DNA of 64,000 bases from an uncultured delta proteobacterium. Its GTDB lineage: Bacteria > Myxococcota_A > UBA9160 > UBA6930. The notes under the pieces were generated by a model, which was given only the letters and a program-made list of their open reading frames with translations, had not been told where the DNA came from and ran no database searches. The first letter of the stretch is position 1; each line of letters opens with the position of its first letter. Shown in pieces: positions 1-10,070 of the stretch. Location: NCBI GenBank assembly GCA_963766175.1, contig CAVXZE010000021.1, positions 64,363 through 128,362 of the forward strand. Direction: 5' to 3'. A program made the translations under genes and the position numbers.

Positions 1-508
1 AGATCCAGATGCTCAGACGGTGCCTGTGGACGAGCTCCGCGGTCGCGGCCAGGGCCGCGATGGCGCCTTCCCGGTCTCCGCGATCGATGAGCAGGTGCCC
101 AGACAGCCGGTAGGCCCACCCGAAGAAGGGGATGCGGGCGATCTCCTTCTTGGCGATTCCGCACCCGCCCATCGGACACAGCCACATGGCGATGAGGACG
201 TCGAGGGCCGAGGTGTGGTTGGTGACGTAGATCGCCGGACTCGACTCGCCCAGACGCTCCCGGAGTCGTACCCGGGTCCGCACCCCCAGGATCCGGACAA
301 CCGCGGGCCCGAAGATCTTCCCATACAGGTTGCCGATCCGGATTCGCAAAGGCCGCCACGGCAGCAGCAGCAGCGAGAGCAGCAGGTAGACGATCGCCCC
401 GGAGGAGACCAGGACGAAGCTGGCTACGATGCGCACCCATGTGCTGATGAATCCAAGCGGCCGTTGGGCGATCCAGAAGCTTCGCGAGGCGTTTCCGGGC
501 GAATCCAT
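1..508 (-). CDS. PlsC-family lysophospholipid acyltransferase, N-terminal part only (runs off left edge)
   Basis: Absent from the ORF track because there is no stop inside the window. Reading the minus strand from ATG 508..506 gives MDSPGNASRSFWIAQRPLGFISTWVRIVASFVLVSSGAIVYLL...IYVTNHTSALDVLIAMW...IARIPFFGWAYRLSGHLLIDRGDRE. This shows a TM helix, the H-x4-D box (NHTSALD) and FFGW/IDR boxes. It starts 7 nt after the stop of the upstream radical SAM gene. Confidence 0.8.
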   Translation of the reverse strand, partial: MDSPGNASRSFWIAQRPLGFISTWVRIVASFVLVSSGAIVYLLLSLLLLPWRPLRIRIGNLYGKIFGPAVVRILGVRTRVRLRERLGESSPAIYVTNHTSALDVLIAMWLCPMGGCGIAKKEIARIPFFGWAYRLSGHLLIDRGDREGAIAALAATAELVHRHRLSIWI

Positions 509-514
509 CTCTCG

Positions 515-2173
515 TTACCTCGCCGTCAGCGCGAGATCGGTGTACTCGCGGTAGTCAGGGTCGCGTTTGATCTGCGTTCGCACCCGGCGGAACTTCAACA
601 CCAGCGCCAGGAGGCGCCCCTGGTTGTAGAGGGTTCGCCAGGCATGGCGCGGGTAGAAGGTCATCGGACTCTCGAGGGGCAGGCCGGGGCGCCGCTCGCG
701 ACGGCTCTTGAGCCGCAGGAACCCGCCGTCCAGGGGATGGATCTTCTCGAAGGCAATACAGCTGTAGAACCAGAGCAGCGACGTCCGGCGCCGACTCACC
801 CCCCGCCCCCGGGCGCGGCGCATCACCGTCTCGATGTGCTCAGGTGTGTAGTAGGCCTTCCAGGCGCGATCGACGGCGCCCCTCCACTCTTCGGGCGACA
901 TCTGCGAGTGCGCAGTGGTGACCTGCGCGGTGTCGTACTTGTTCATGTCGGGATCCATCCACACGCCCTCCTTCTTCAGGCGCTGGTGGTCCTCGGAGCC
1001 CGGGAGTGGCGTGAGCACGAAGAACTCCATCAGGTCGATGGGCAGCTCGCGCTTGATGACCTCGATGTCGCGGGCAATGGACCCGGGAGTGTCCGATGGA
1101 AACCCCAGAATGTAACCCGCCAGGGTCATTACCCCCGCTTCGCGCCAGCGCAGGAGCATGCTGCGGTACTCGGTGATCCGGTTCTGCCGCTTCTTGCTGT
1201 GAGCCAGGGCGCTCTGATTGATGCTCTCCATGCCGATGAAGGCCCGCGCCACGCCGGCGCGCCCGCACTTCTCGATGAAACGCGGGATCTTGTGGCTCAT
1301 GGTGTCCACTTGGATGGTGAGCTTGATCTTCAGGCCCTCCTCGCGGAGCTGGATCACCCGATCCAGGATCGGCTCCCACTCGGCGTTGCGGGCAAAGTTG
1401 TCATCGGTGATGAAGAAGTTGCGGACGCCCTGGGCCAGGTTGTGGCGGATCAGCTTCTCCACGTCGTCGGCACTGCGTCGGCGTGACTCGTGGCCCTGGA
1501 CGTTGATGATGGTGCAGAAGCTGCACTCGAAGGGACAGCCGCGCCCCGCATCGAAGCTGGTGGTGGAGCCCGCGGTGCGCTGGACCTGAGCGGCGGAGAG
1601 GCGGGGGCCCGGAGCCCCGCGCAGGTCCGGCAGATCCTTCATGAAGTTGTAGAGCGGCTCGAGCTCGCCGCGGTAGGCGTCCTGGAGCAACCCGTCCAGC
1701 CGGCCCTCGGCCTCGCCGGCGAAGAGCGAGATCCCCAGCTCCATGGCCTCGCGCAGGTCGTCCGGCATCTCCGCCAGCATGGCCAGGCAGCCGCTCACGT
1801 GGAAGCCACCGATGCACACCTGCACGCCCTCAGCGCGGAACTCGCGGGCCAGGTCCACCGCCCGCGGGAACTGGTTCGACTGGACCCCCACCATTCCGAC
1901 GAGACCGAGCCCGCCGCTGTCGCGGATCTGCTTGGCGATCCGGCGGGGGCGGATGCGCGTGTTCGTCTCGTCGTAGACGCTGAGGGCGATCTCCACGTCG
2001 CGGCCCAGGCTTCGCCGCTGGGCGCAGTCCAGGCCCAAGCCGTTCATCACGGCCAGCGTGTTGGAGGGAATTGCCGAGCGCAGCCACCGGATCGGGTAGC
2101 CCTCGGCATCGTAATGGGATGGCTTGATCAGAACGAGGTGGAAGACCTCGCCCATTGGCACTGAACTCATCAA
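515..2173 (-). CDS. B12-binding-domain radical SAM protein
   Basis: 552-aa ORF. It has an N-terminal cobalamin-binding-type Rossmann segment (HLVLIKPSHYD..., GMVGVQSNQF) and a CxxxCxxC radical SAM box (GCPFECSFCT). The long C-terminal tail is typical of class B rSAM enzymes. Confidence 0.9.
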   Translation of the reverse strand: MMSSVPMGEVFHLVLIKPSHYDAEGYPIRWLRSAIPSNTLAVMNGLGLDCAQRRSLGRDVEIALSVYDETNTRIRPRRIAKQIRDSGGLGLVGMVGVQSNQFPRAVDLAREFRAEGVQVCIGGFHVSGCLAMLAEMPDDLREAMELGISLFAGEAEGRLDGLLQDAYRGELEPLYNFMKDLPDLRGAPGPRLSAAQVQRTAGSTTSFDAGRGCPFECSFCTIINVQGHESRRRSADDVEKLIRHNLAQGVRNFFITDDNFARNAEWEPILDRVIQLREEGLKIKLTIQVDTMSHKIPRFIEKCGRAGVARAFIGMESINQSALAHSKKRQNRITEYRSMLLRWREAGVMTLAGYILGFPSDTPGSIARDIEVIKRELPIDLMEFFVLTPLPGSEDHQRLKKEGVWMDPDMNKYDTAQVTTAHSQMSPEEWRGAVDRAWKAYYTPEHIETVMRRARGRGVSRRRTSLLWFYSCIAFEKIHPLDGGFLRLKSRRERRPGLPLESPMTFYPRHAWRTLYNQGRLLALVLKFRRVRTQIKRDPDYREYTDLALTAR

Positions 2174-2533
2174 CCCCCCGGCCCGGAGCCGGGCGGCACC
2201 GAGACCGTTCGAATGTAGGGTATGCGGAGGGCGAGCGCCGGTGCGGCTCCAGAGCGGGCTGAGTCCCGAAATCCGGAGTCGCGTGGAATCACCCCGACGA
2301 CGCCCTGGATCGACTTCCAGGGCATCCAGGCCCTCGTCTCCGGGCTGGGCCTCCCCGAATGGGTCCCGGACTGCCGTGAGAACCTTCCAGCCCCGACCCT
2401 ACGCCTATGGATCGATCTTCCTGCTCGACCTCGTGGCGAAAGGCGGGCTGATCCCGTACACCCGAAAGAAGCTTCGAGGGTCGGAGTAGGTCGTCGATTC
2501 GGAGCCGGGCGTCTGGCAGCGGAGGGTGGAGCG

Positions 2534-3301
2534 TTGACGAAGTCGGACTGGGATTACCGAGGGCTGGCGGCCGAGTCTTATGACCTCTGGTTCCCGAGCG
2601 AGCCCTACTGGGATCAGGAGTTCTTCTTCGAGAGGATCCGGGAGAACCAGGGGATCGCCCTCGAGGTCGCCTCGGGCACCGGGCGCCTGCTCCTTCCCTA
2701 CCTCCGAGATGGGCTGGAGGTGGAGGGGATCGATTCCTCCGAGGAGATGCTTGCCATCTGTCGCCAAAAGGCGAGGGACATGAATCTCCAACCGGTTCTC
2801 TACCAACAGCTCATGCAGGAGATGGATCTACCCCGAAAGTACGGGACCATCTTCATCCCGAATGGCTCCTTCCAGATCCTCGCCGAGCGAGAGGAGGCCT
2901 TCGAAGCCCTCTCGGGTTTTCGTCGCCACCTCGAGAAGGGAGGAGAGCTCCTGATCGCCGTCTCCGTTCCGTGGCGCGACTTTCCGCACCAGGGCCAATG
3001 GCGCCTTCGCCGTTCGGGCACACGGCCCTCCGACGGGGCCACGGTTCTGATTCACGAGTGCACGCGAAGCGATCTGGTGGAGCAGGTCCAGGATCAGTGG
3101 CTGCGATTCGAAGTCTTCAAGGATGGCGAAATCGTGCAATCGACCCTTCGCACCCACCGCCTCCGTTGGTATCACAAGCACGAGTTCTCGCTCATGCTCG
3201 AGCGCGTCGGATTCTCCGAGATCTCGGTGCGACTGGGCCTGGGCACGGAGCCGCCGGACGCCATCCATGACACGGAGCTGGTCTTCTCGGCTCGTAGCTG
3301 A
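2534..3301 (+). CDS. Class I SAM-dependent methyltransferase
   Basis: The SAM motif LEVASGTGRLLLPYLRDGLEVEGIDSSEEML lies in the 2222..3301 ORF. The upstream part of that ORF is Arg/Pro-rich junk. An in-frame TTG at 2534 is preceded by GGAGGGTGGAG (2521-2531). The start is uncertain. Confidence 0.75.
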   Translation: MTKSDWDYRGLAAESYDLWFPSEPYWDQEFFFERIRENQGIALEVASGTGRLLLPYLRDGLEVEGIDSSEEMLAICRQKARDMNLQPVLYQQLMQEMDLPRKYGTIFIPNGSFQILAEREEAFEALSGFRRHLEKGGELLIAVSVPWRDFPHQGQWRLRRSGTRPSDGATVLIHECTRSDLVEQVQDQWLRFEVFKDGEIVQSTLRTHRLRWYHKHEFSLMLERVGFSEISVRLGLGTEPPDAIHDTELVFSARS

Positions 3302-3373
3302 CCGGCCCACGCCCATCGACGCATCTGAACGGCCGCCGTCGGAGGGCGCACTGGAAGCTTGCCGAGCTGCGCT

Positions 3374-3832
3374 TCATCGGTAGGTCCTGTCGTCGTGCCG
3401 AAGCCACCCGCCAGCCCGTGCGCCAGCCGGGTCGCGGTGAGTCCAGTGCACCACGCCGCCCCGGGGATTCCATTCGTACTGGCCCCGAAAATGCACCTCG
3501 TCCCCGATCCGCAGCGAATCGAGACGGGGCGCCAGATCGATGTTGTGGCTCACCAGAATGGTCCGCTGCAGTGCGAGCCGCAGGATGAACCGCTGATGTC
3601 TCGAGCCAACCCGATCGTCGGGTAACAGCTTCTCGACGGTTCCGGTGCCTTCGACCACCACCCCGGACTGTCGCTCGCGGAAGAGCCGCGCGATTTCGGA
3701 GTTCCCCGGGTCGCCTTCGCGGAGAACGGCGTCTTCGGGAGGCGGTCGATTCTCCCAAGTTGCGACGACGTAGACGGCCGTTGCGGCGAAGAACATCACC
3801 GTTGTCCATCGAAGTCGCGACCGACGCGCCAT
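3374..3832 (-). CDS. DUF3465-family protein with N-terminal membrane anchor
   Basis: The start is taken at internal ATG 3832 (MARRSRLRWTTVMFFAATAVYVV...). The conserved GSRHQRFIL...VSHNIDL...GQYEWNPRGGVVHWTHRDP pattern resembles DUF3465. Confidence 0.65.
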   Translation of the reverse strand: MARRSRLRWTTVMFFAATAVYVVATWENRPPPEDAVLREGDPGNSEIARLFRERQSGVVVEGTGTVEKLLPDDRVGSRHQRFILRLALQRTILVSHNIDLAPRLDSLRIGDEVHFRGQYEWNPRGGVVHWTHRDPAGARAGGWLRHDDRTYR

Positions 3833-4224
3833 GGTGCGCGATTGTAGCCGCATGCAAGAGTCCAGAACTTCATGAAGCAGGCGCACCCCATGAGGCGGAT
3901 CGCTGAGCCCGAGGAAATCGCCGAGCCGGCGGGATGGCAGGCCAGATCGCCACCCCTCGCGCTGGTGCCCGGCACCGTGGCAAAGGCGCGCCTCAAGGTC
4001 TCCCACAAGCCCCGGGGCGACCCGCTCTGAGGAGGGAGGGGAGCCGATTCCGGCTCCCCCTCGTCACCCGCTATGGCGAACCCCCCTCGCTCTCCTCCCA
4101 TGCCTCGTTTCGGGGGTACACTTGAAGTGTCACCAATCCAGCCAAGCCTTCCGGTGACGTGCAGTTTCGTTGGGTGCGGACGCATCCGGCGGGGGCTGGC
4201 CGGACCCGGAATGGAGGTTTTTCG

Positions 4225-5595
4225 ATGAGCACCTGGTCGGAAATCGCTCGCGCATCCTTCGTGGGAGCCGTCTTGCTGGTGGGGTCGGCGCTATGGAATT
4301 CCCCCACCGCGATCGCCGACGAAACCTGCATGTCGCCCTACATGGCTAAGATCACCGGGCAGGAGGACTTCGTCTACGTGTGGACGCTCGGCATGGAGGG
4401 GCTCGGGGACGAGCAGGACAAGCTGGTCACGATCGATGTCAACCCCACTTCCGCAACCTTTGGGAAGGTCGTGCACTCGCTCTCGGTAGGCGGTCGTAAC
4501 GAGGCACATCACTCCGGGCTGACCGATGACCGGCACTACCTTTGGGCGGGGGGGCTCGACACGAACAAGATCTTCATCTTCGACATCCACAGCGATCCGG
4601 CGCGACCGAAGCTTCACCGGGCCATCTCCGACTTCACGGCTAGCAGCGGCGGCGTGGTCGGGCCTCACACGCACTACGCGCTGCCCGGACGGATATTGAT
4701 CACCGGCCTCTCGAACAATCGCGATCACGGAGGCCGCACTGCGATGGTCGAGTACAGCAACGAGGGAAAGTACCTGGCGACTCACTGGATGCCTACCGAC
4801 GACGACCTCCGGGGCGCACAGAAGTCGGGCCAGCTTGCGGACGGCTACGGGTACGATGTTCGCGCGCTGCCGCGTCGCAACGTGCTGGTGACGTCGTCCT
4901 TCACCGGTTGGACCAACTACATGATGGACTTCGGCAAGATGCTGAATGACGCCGAGGCCATGAAGCGCTTCGGTAACACCGTCGTGGTGTGGAACCTGCA
5001 CACGCGCACGCCGAAGAAGGTCTTCGACGTTCCCGGCGCGCCATTGGAGGTTCGCTGTGCCTGGGGTTCCAGCCACGACTATTGCTTCACCACCACCGCC
5101 TTGACCTCGAAGATCTGGCTGATCTACGAGGACGAGAGCGGGGAGTGGCAGGCCAAGGAGGTGGCGGACGTCGGCGACCCGGCCAAGGTCCCGCTGCCGG
5201 TCGACATATCCATCTCTGCCGACGACACGCGCCTATGGGTCGATACCTTCATGGACGGCAAGACGCGCATATTCGACATCAGCGACCCGCACCAGCCGGT
5301 TCAGATCCTCGAGCAGGTGATCGGCAAGCAGATCAACATGGTCTCGCAGAGCTGGGACGGCCGCCGCGTCTACTTCACGTCTTCTCTCCTCGCCAACTGG
5401 GACAAGAAGGGAGAGGACAATGAGCAGTACTTCAAGGCCTACACCTGGGATGGCGAGAAACTGTCCCCGGCCTTCTCCATCGACTTCATCGCCGAGAAGC
5501 TCGGCCGGCCCCACCAGATGCGTTTTGGCGCTTACGCGCTCTACGGAGGAAGAGACGCGGGCTCCGCGGGAGCAAAGGTGGCGGCGAGGCCCTGA
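4225..5595 (+). CDS. mtoX: Selenium-binding protein 56 family / methanethiol oxidase (MtoX-like), secreted
   Basis: 456 aa from ATG 4225, with GGAGG 9 nt upstream. There is a signal peptide (SFVGAVLLVGSALWNSPTAIA) followed by SBP56-type sequence (CMSPYMAKITGQEDFVYVWTLG..., NEAHHSGLTDDRHYLWAGGLDTNKIFIFD). Confidence 0.85.
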   Translation: MSTWSEIARASFVGAVLLVGSALWNSPTAIADETCMSPYMAKITGQEDFVYVWTLGMEGLGDEQDKLVTIDVNPTSATFGKVVHSLSVGGRNEAHHSGLTDDRHYLWAGGLDTNKIFIFDIHSDPARPKLHRAISDFTASSGGVVGPHTHYALPGRILITGLSNNRDHGGRTAMVEYSNEGKYLATHWMPTDDDLRGAQKSGQLADGYGYDVRALPRRNVLVTSSFTGWTNYMMDFGKMLNDAEAMKRFGNTVVVWNLHTRTPKKVFDVPGAPLEVRCAWGSSHDYCFTTTALTSKIWLIYEDESGEWQAKEVADVGDPAKVPLPVDISISADDTRLWVDTFMDGKTRIFDISDPHQPVQILEQVIGKQINMVSQSWDGRRVYFTSSLLANWDKKGEDNEQYFKAYTWDGEKLSPAFSIDFIAEKLGRPHQMRFGAYALYGGRDAGSAGAKVAARP

Positions 5596-5657
5596 GGCCG
5601 AGCGGAAGGCTCTCGACGATGTATGGATGCGGCGCCTTCCCGACAACCCAAGGCGAC

Positions 5658-7599
5658 ATGACGATGGTTCTTTCGACACTCCTCTGGATCGCAGTCTTCG
5701 GGCTGCTGGCTGGGAGTCCGGCTCGCGCTGTCGGCGAAGATCAACACGCCGAGCACAGCTCGCCACCCGAGGTGCTGGCACCGGGCTGGGGCCCTCTCGG
5801 ATTCGCGCCGCCCAACCCCGGCAGCTACCAGCTCCCGCCGCTCGCGGAGGCCGCCGATGGCGAGGTACTCCTCAGCAGCGGCGCTTCCAGCTCGCTCTAC
5901 GACGTCTTCGGCGGCGATCTGGTTCTGCTGAGCTTCATCTATCTGAGCTGCAACGACGTGAACGGTTGTCCTTTGGCCACCGCGGTGCTCGACAAGTTGC
6001 AGAGCCGTCTGGGGGAGGATCCGGTCATCGCCGGACGGCTGCGACTCGTGAGCCTGAGCTTCGACCCCTCCCGGGACACGCCGGAGGTGATGGGGCGCTA
6101 CGCGGAGAGCTTCGCGGGCGGCGGTGTCGATTGGGCGTTCCTTACCACTGCCTCGGAGGAGAAGCTTCAGCCGATTCTCGAGGCCTACGGTCAGAGAATC
6201 CTCAAGGAGGTCGACGCCGAGGGAAACGAACTCGGCACCTTCTCACACCTCCTACGCGTCTTTCTCATCGACCCCGAGCGGCGTATCCGCAACATCTACA
6301 CGGTCTCCTTCCTCCACGCCGACACGCTTGTCGCCGACGTGAAGACCCTCTTGAGGGAGACCGGGGCAGGGTCGGCCATTGCCGGAGTGGGCGACTCCGA
6401 CGCGCTTGCCGCTCTGGAACTACACGGCCCGGGCGATCCTCGCGAAGGTTACGAGCGATCCGACTTCCGCACCCGCTCCGTGCGCCTGGAAGCGCGGCGT
6501 GGCGCTCCCACCGACCTTGCCGCCCGGGTGCGAGACGTGCCACTCGGTTTGCCACCGGTTCCCGTACCCGCGGACAATGCCGTGACTCCGGCCAAGGTCG
6601 GCCTCGGCCGCAGGCTCTTCTACGACCGCCGCCTCTCGTTGAATGACACCTTTTCCTGCGCCATGTGCCACATCCCCGAGCAGGGCTTCACCAGCAACGA
6701 ACTGGCCACGGCGGTCGGGATCGAAGGGCGCAGCGTCCGCCGCAACGCTCCGACCGTCTACAACGTGGCCTATCTCGACCGCCTGTTTCACGACGGCCGT
6801 GAGACGCGGCTCGAACACCAGGTCTGGGGTCCGCTGCTGTCGCGCAACGAGATGGGGAACCCGTCCATCGGTGCCGTGGTCGAGAAGATCCGGGCCACCC
6901 CCGACTACGCGGGGCTCTTCGAGTCCGCCTTTGCCGGCCGCGGGCTCGCCATGGAAACCATTGGAATGGCCATCGCGAGCTACGAGCGCACCCTGCTCTC
7001 CGGCGACTCTCCTTTCGATCGCTGGCACTACGCCAAGGACACCACGGCTGTAGGCGAGGCGGTCCAGCGCGGATTCCAGCTCTTCACGGGCAAGGCGGGC
7101 TGCAGTGCCTGTCACACCGTGGGGACCGATGCCGCCCTGTTCACCGACGGAGCCCTCCACAACACGGGTATCGGCTACGCCGTGTCCATGGCAACGGACC
7201 CGAGTCCAATGCGCATCCTCGTCGCGTCCCGGGCAGTACCTGCTGGTGGACCGCGCGCTGGTGGCACAGGTCAGCGAGCGGCCACCGAGCGACCTGGGCC
7301 TCTACGAGATCACGCAGGACCCCGCCGACCGCTGGAAGTACCGGACGCCGAGCCTTCGCAATGTCGCCTTGACGGCGCCCTACATGCACGATGGCTCTCT
7401 CGCCTCCCTTGGCGATGTCGTCTCCTTCTACGACGCGGGCGGCACTCCCAATGAGACGTTGGATCCCCTGATCCGGCCGCTCGGCCTGAGGGCCGACGAA
7501 CGAGACGATCTCGTCTCCTTTCTCGAGGCCCTGACCGGTTCCGACGTGAATACACTCGTCTCGGACGCTTTTGCCGCCCCGATCGGCGACGCGCGTTAG
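5658..7599 (+). pseudogene. SCO1/SenC - di-haem cytochrome c peroxidase (MauG/CCP) fusion, interrupted by a +1 frameshift near 7200-7245
   Basis: The frame of 5619..7454 carries a signal peptide, the SCO1 thioredoxin-like part (FIYLSCNDVNGCPLA, LVSLSFDPSRDTP) and CCP haem motifs CAMCH and CSACH. The CCP C-terminus (RWKYRTPSLRNVALTAPYMHDGSLASLGDVVSFYDAGG) continues only in the +1 frame (ORF 7105..7599). Confidence 0.8.
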
Positions 7600-7627
7600 C
7601 CGGGAATCATCACCGAAGCTTCAGGAC

Positions 7628-9358
7628 TCAGGTTCGCTTGATCACCGTGCCTGCGAGGGCCTTCGCGTCATAGCTGCCTCTTTCCAGGACCGGCTTTCCA
7701 TTGATCAGGACGTACTCGATTCCTTCCGCGAACCGGTGGGGATCCTTGAAGGAGGCGCAGCTCCTCACCGTCCTGGGATTGAAGACGGTGATGTCCGCAA
7801 AGGCGCCCTTCTTCAGGATTCCCCTGCCCTCGAGTTGCATCTGCCTCGCCGGGAGGGAAGTCATCTTGCGGACCGCCTCTTCCTGGGTCAGGTATTGCTC
7901 GTCCCGGGCAAACTGACCCAGGACCTTCGTGAAAGCGCCGTAGGAGACCGGCGACGGATTCGGATAGTCGACACCGACGATGTCGGTCATGATCGCGCAA
8001 TTCGGATCGGAGATGGCCCAGGCCCCGATCCAGTCGCTGATCTTCTGGTCATCGATGCTGTAGACGAAGAAGATTCTTCCCTCTTCTTCCACGATCAGGT
8101 CGAAGGCCGTATCGTAGAGATCCGTTCCCCGCTCCTTTGCGATGTCGTGAAGCCTCCTGTTCTCGTAGGGGCGATTCTTCTCGAGCCTGAAGCCGCTCAA
8201 CATGAAGGATCCATCGAACATTTTGTCGGTCCACCAGCCGTGTTCCCAGGTTGGCCACTTGGGGGAAGCGCTCTCCATCTCCTTGGCCACCGCCTTGCGC
8301 GCCTCGGGATCACGGAGCTGCTCCAACAACTTGGCCATCCCACCGGTGTATAGTCTGGGCGGCAGGATTGCGAGCAGGCTGGTGAAGGCGCATATCCAGG
8401 GAAGCATGTCGTGACCGACGTCCACCCCTCGCTCCAGTGCTCGAGCGATCAGCTGATTGGCGCGTCGATGGGACGGCATGCTCTTGAGCTGGTTCTTGAC
8501 GGTGAAGTTCCGCCCCATCGCCCTCGCCAGCAGAAACGAGAGCTTTGTCTTCAGCCGTGTCGGATCGATGAGCTTGCCGGTCTGGAAGCCACCAAGATGG
8601 TGGGAGAGGTGCAGGGGAATCCTGTTGTTCTCTGCAACCTGGATCACCTCCTTCACCGCTTCGTCGTAGATCTCCGACATGCCTCGGGTGTGCGTGACCA
8701 GGGGAGCACCGTGCTCCGTCAGCACCGAGGCGAGCTCGGTGATCTCTTCGGTTCGGGAGAAGCATCCCGGGCAGTAGAGGAGCCCGATGGAGAGGCCGAT
8801 CGACCCCGCCTCGAGCGATTCCTCGAGCATCTGTTTCATCGTCGACATCTCGTCGGTGGTGGGAGCCCGTTCCTGCATTCCCATCAGGTTCATCCGGAGG
8901 ACGTTGTGACCGGTCAGGACGGCCACGTTGTAGGCCAGACCGTTTCGGTTCATGTGATCGAAATACTCGGCCATGCTGGCCCACTCGAAGGTCAATCCGT
9001 CCCTCGGGAACGCGAAGTTCCAGTACGTCCTGACCGTGTCATGAATCTCCGGACGGATGGGCGCAGGGCTGAAGCCACAGTTCCCGGCAATGATGGTCGT
9101 CACTCCCTGCCGCACCCATCGTTCCATCACCTCGGGATGCCTCGGGGAGGTGAGAAAGAAGTCGAGGTGGGTGTGCACATCGATGAACCCGGGCGCCACG
9201 GCCAGGCCCTGGGCATCGATCACCTTTCCGGCCTGCGCATCCGGAAAGCTCCCCACATCCTCGATGCGGTCCTCGCGGACGATCAGATCCGCCCTCACGG
9301 CCGGAGTCCCGGTGCCGTCCATGACCGATCCGTTCTTGATCAGGATGTCCTGGTCCAT
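7628..9358 (-). CDS. N-acyl-D-amino-acid deacylase (D-aminoacylase) family amidohydrolase
   Basis: Start taken at ATG 9358 (MDQDILIKNGSVMDGTG...). The metal-binding motif GFIDVHTHLD is present. The overall length and N-terminus are typical of D-aminoacylases. Confidence 0.85.
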   Translation of the reverse strand: MDQDILIKNGSVMDGTGTPAVRADLIVREDRIEDVGSFPDAQAGKVIDAQGLAVAPGFIDVHTHLDFFLTSPRHPEVMERWVRQGVTTIIAGNCGFSPAPIRPEIHDTVRTYWNFAFPRDGLTFEWASMAEYFDHMNRNGLAYNVAVLTGHNVLRMNLMGMQERAPTTDEMSTMKQMLEESLEAGSIGLSIGLLYCPGCFSRTEEITELASVLTEHGAPLVTHTRGMSEIYDEAVKEVIQVAENNRIPLHLSHHLGGFQTGKLIDPTRLKTKLSFLLARAMGRNFTVKNQLKSMPSHRRANQLIARALERGVDVGHDMLPWICAFTSLLAILPPRLYTGGMAKLLEQLRDPEARKAVAKEMESASPKWPTWEHGWWTDKMFDGSFMLSGFRLEKNRPYENRRLHDIAKERGTDLYDTAFDLIVEEEGRIFFVYSIDDQKISDWIGAWAISDPNCAIMTDIVGVDYPNPSPVSYGAFTKVLGQFARDEQYLTQEEAVRKMTSLPARQMQLEGRGILKKGAFADITVFNPRTVRSCASFKDPHRFAEGIEYVLINGKPVLERGSYDAKALAGTVIKRT

Positions 9359-9499
9359 CTTGAAGCCCTCTCTCAACAGATCTCCAGCTTCGGGCAGGAG
9401 CTCTCGATGCCGCAACCCCCTGCACCTTCAATTCTCTCGAACTTCCCGCCCTTGTCTGCATTTTTCGTATAGACTCGAAGAAACGGATCGGGACGGACC

Positions 9500-10015
9500 G
9501 TGAGGAAGGTGCGGATGCCGGACGAGAAAGGCAATCACGAAGCGTGGGTCTCCCGCGAGGAGTACGACCGCATGGAGGAGCTGCACAGGAACAACCTGTG
9601 GGCCTATGTGCATGCCTACGCGCGGGCCTGCGACTTCATCGGCAGGAACTTCGGCGATGAGGCCCTGAGACAGTTCCACGTCGAGGCGGGCAAGGAGAGC
9701 GCGCATCCCAGGCTGAGGCTGGCGGCGGAGGTGGGAGCGGAGAAGTTCATGCCGCTGCTGTGCGAGCACATGAACAACATCGGCGGCGAGTTCACACTCG
9801 AGGAGACCGACGAGGCGATCGTCGTGCGCGGGACCTGCGGCACCGGCGGACGCTACGTGCGAGAAGCGGGAACGGCACACGACAGCGAGGGCGTGCCCTA
9901 TTACTGTGTGCACTGTCCAATCTGGTGGGAGGAGATGCCGAAGGAGTTTGGCATCAACCTGACCTTCCAGATGGGCGATCAGGGCGTCGGCTGCGCCTGG
10001 CGGCTACAGAGGTAG
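9500..10015 (+). CDS. Hypothetical Cys-rich protein
   Basis: 171-aa ORF with coding-like composition and Cys motifs GTCGTGGRY, YYCVHCPIWW and GVGCAW. It is divergent from the D-aminoacylase. I recognise no family. The start may be GTG 9500 or ATG 9515. Confidence 0.55.
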   Translation: MRKVRMPDEKGNHEAWVSREEYDRMEELHRNNLWAYVHAYARACDFIGRNFGDEALRQFHVEAGKESAHPRLRLAAEVGAEKFMPLLCEHMNNIGGEFTLEETDEAIVVRGTCGTGGRYVREAGTAHDSEGVPYYCVHCPIWWEEMPKEFGINLTFQMGDQGVGCAWRLQR

Positions 10016-10070
10016 CTCCGGCACGAGCTCTCGGGGCGGCGCACCGCGCGGAGCGTTCCCGTCGCTCGCC

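Noticed and set aside
20-1486. Long ORFs in the track that lie antisense to, or overlap, convincing genes. Examples are 20-1486 (+), 28402-31158 (+, 918 aa), 52076-54865 (-, 929 aa), 55079-56359 (-), 56867-58606 (-), 59042-60250 (+), 61405-62928 (-), 40862-41563 (-), 21348-22349 (+) and 22350-23801 (+).
   Set aside because: Their translations are dominated by Arg/Gly/Pro/Ala/Val runs with no motifs. They mirror strong family-matching genes on the other strand. Stop-poor antisense frames are expected at this GC content.
4129-4158. An inverted repeat GTCACC-N18-GGTGAC about 70 nt upstream of mtoX, considered as a candidate operator.
   Set aside because: It has only 6-bp arms with a long spacer, which is easily produced by chance. 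There is no regulator gene adjacent.
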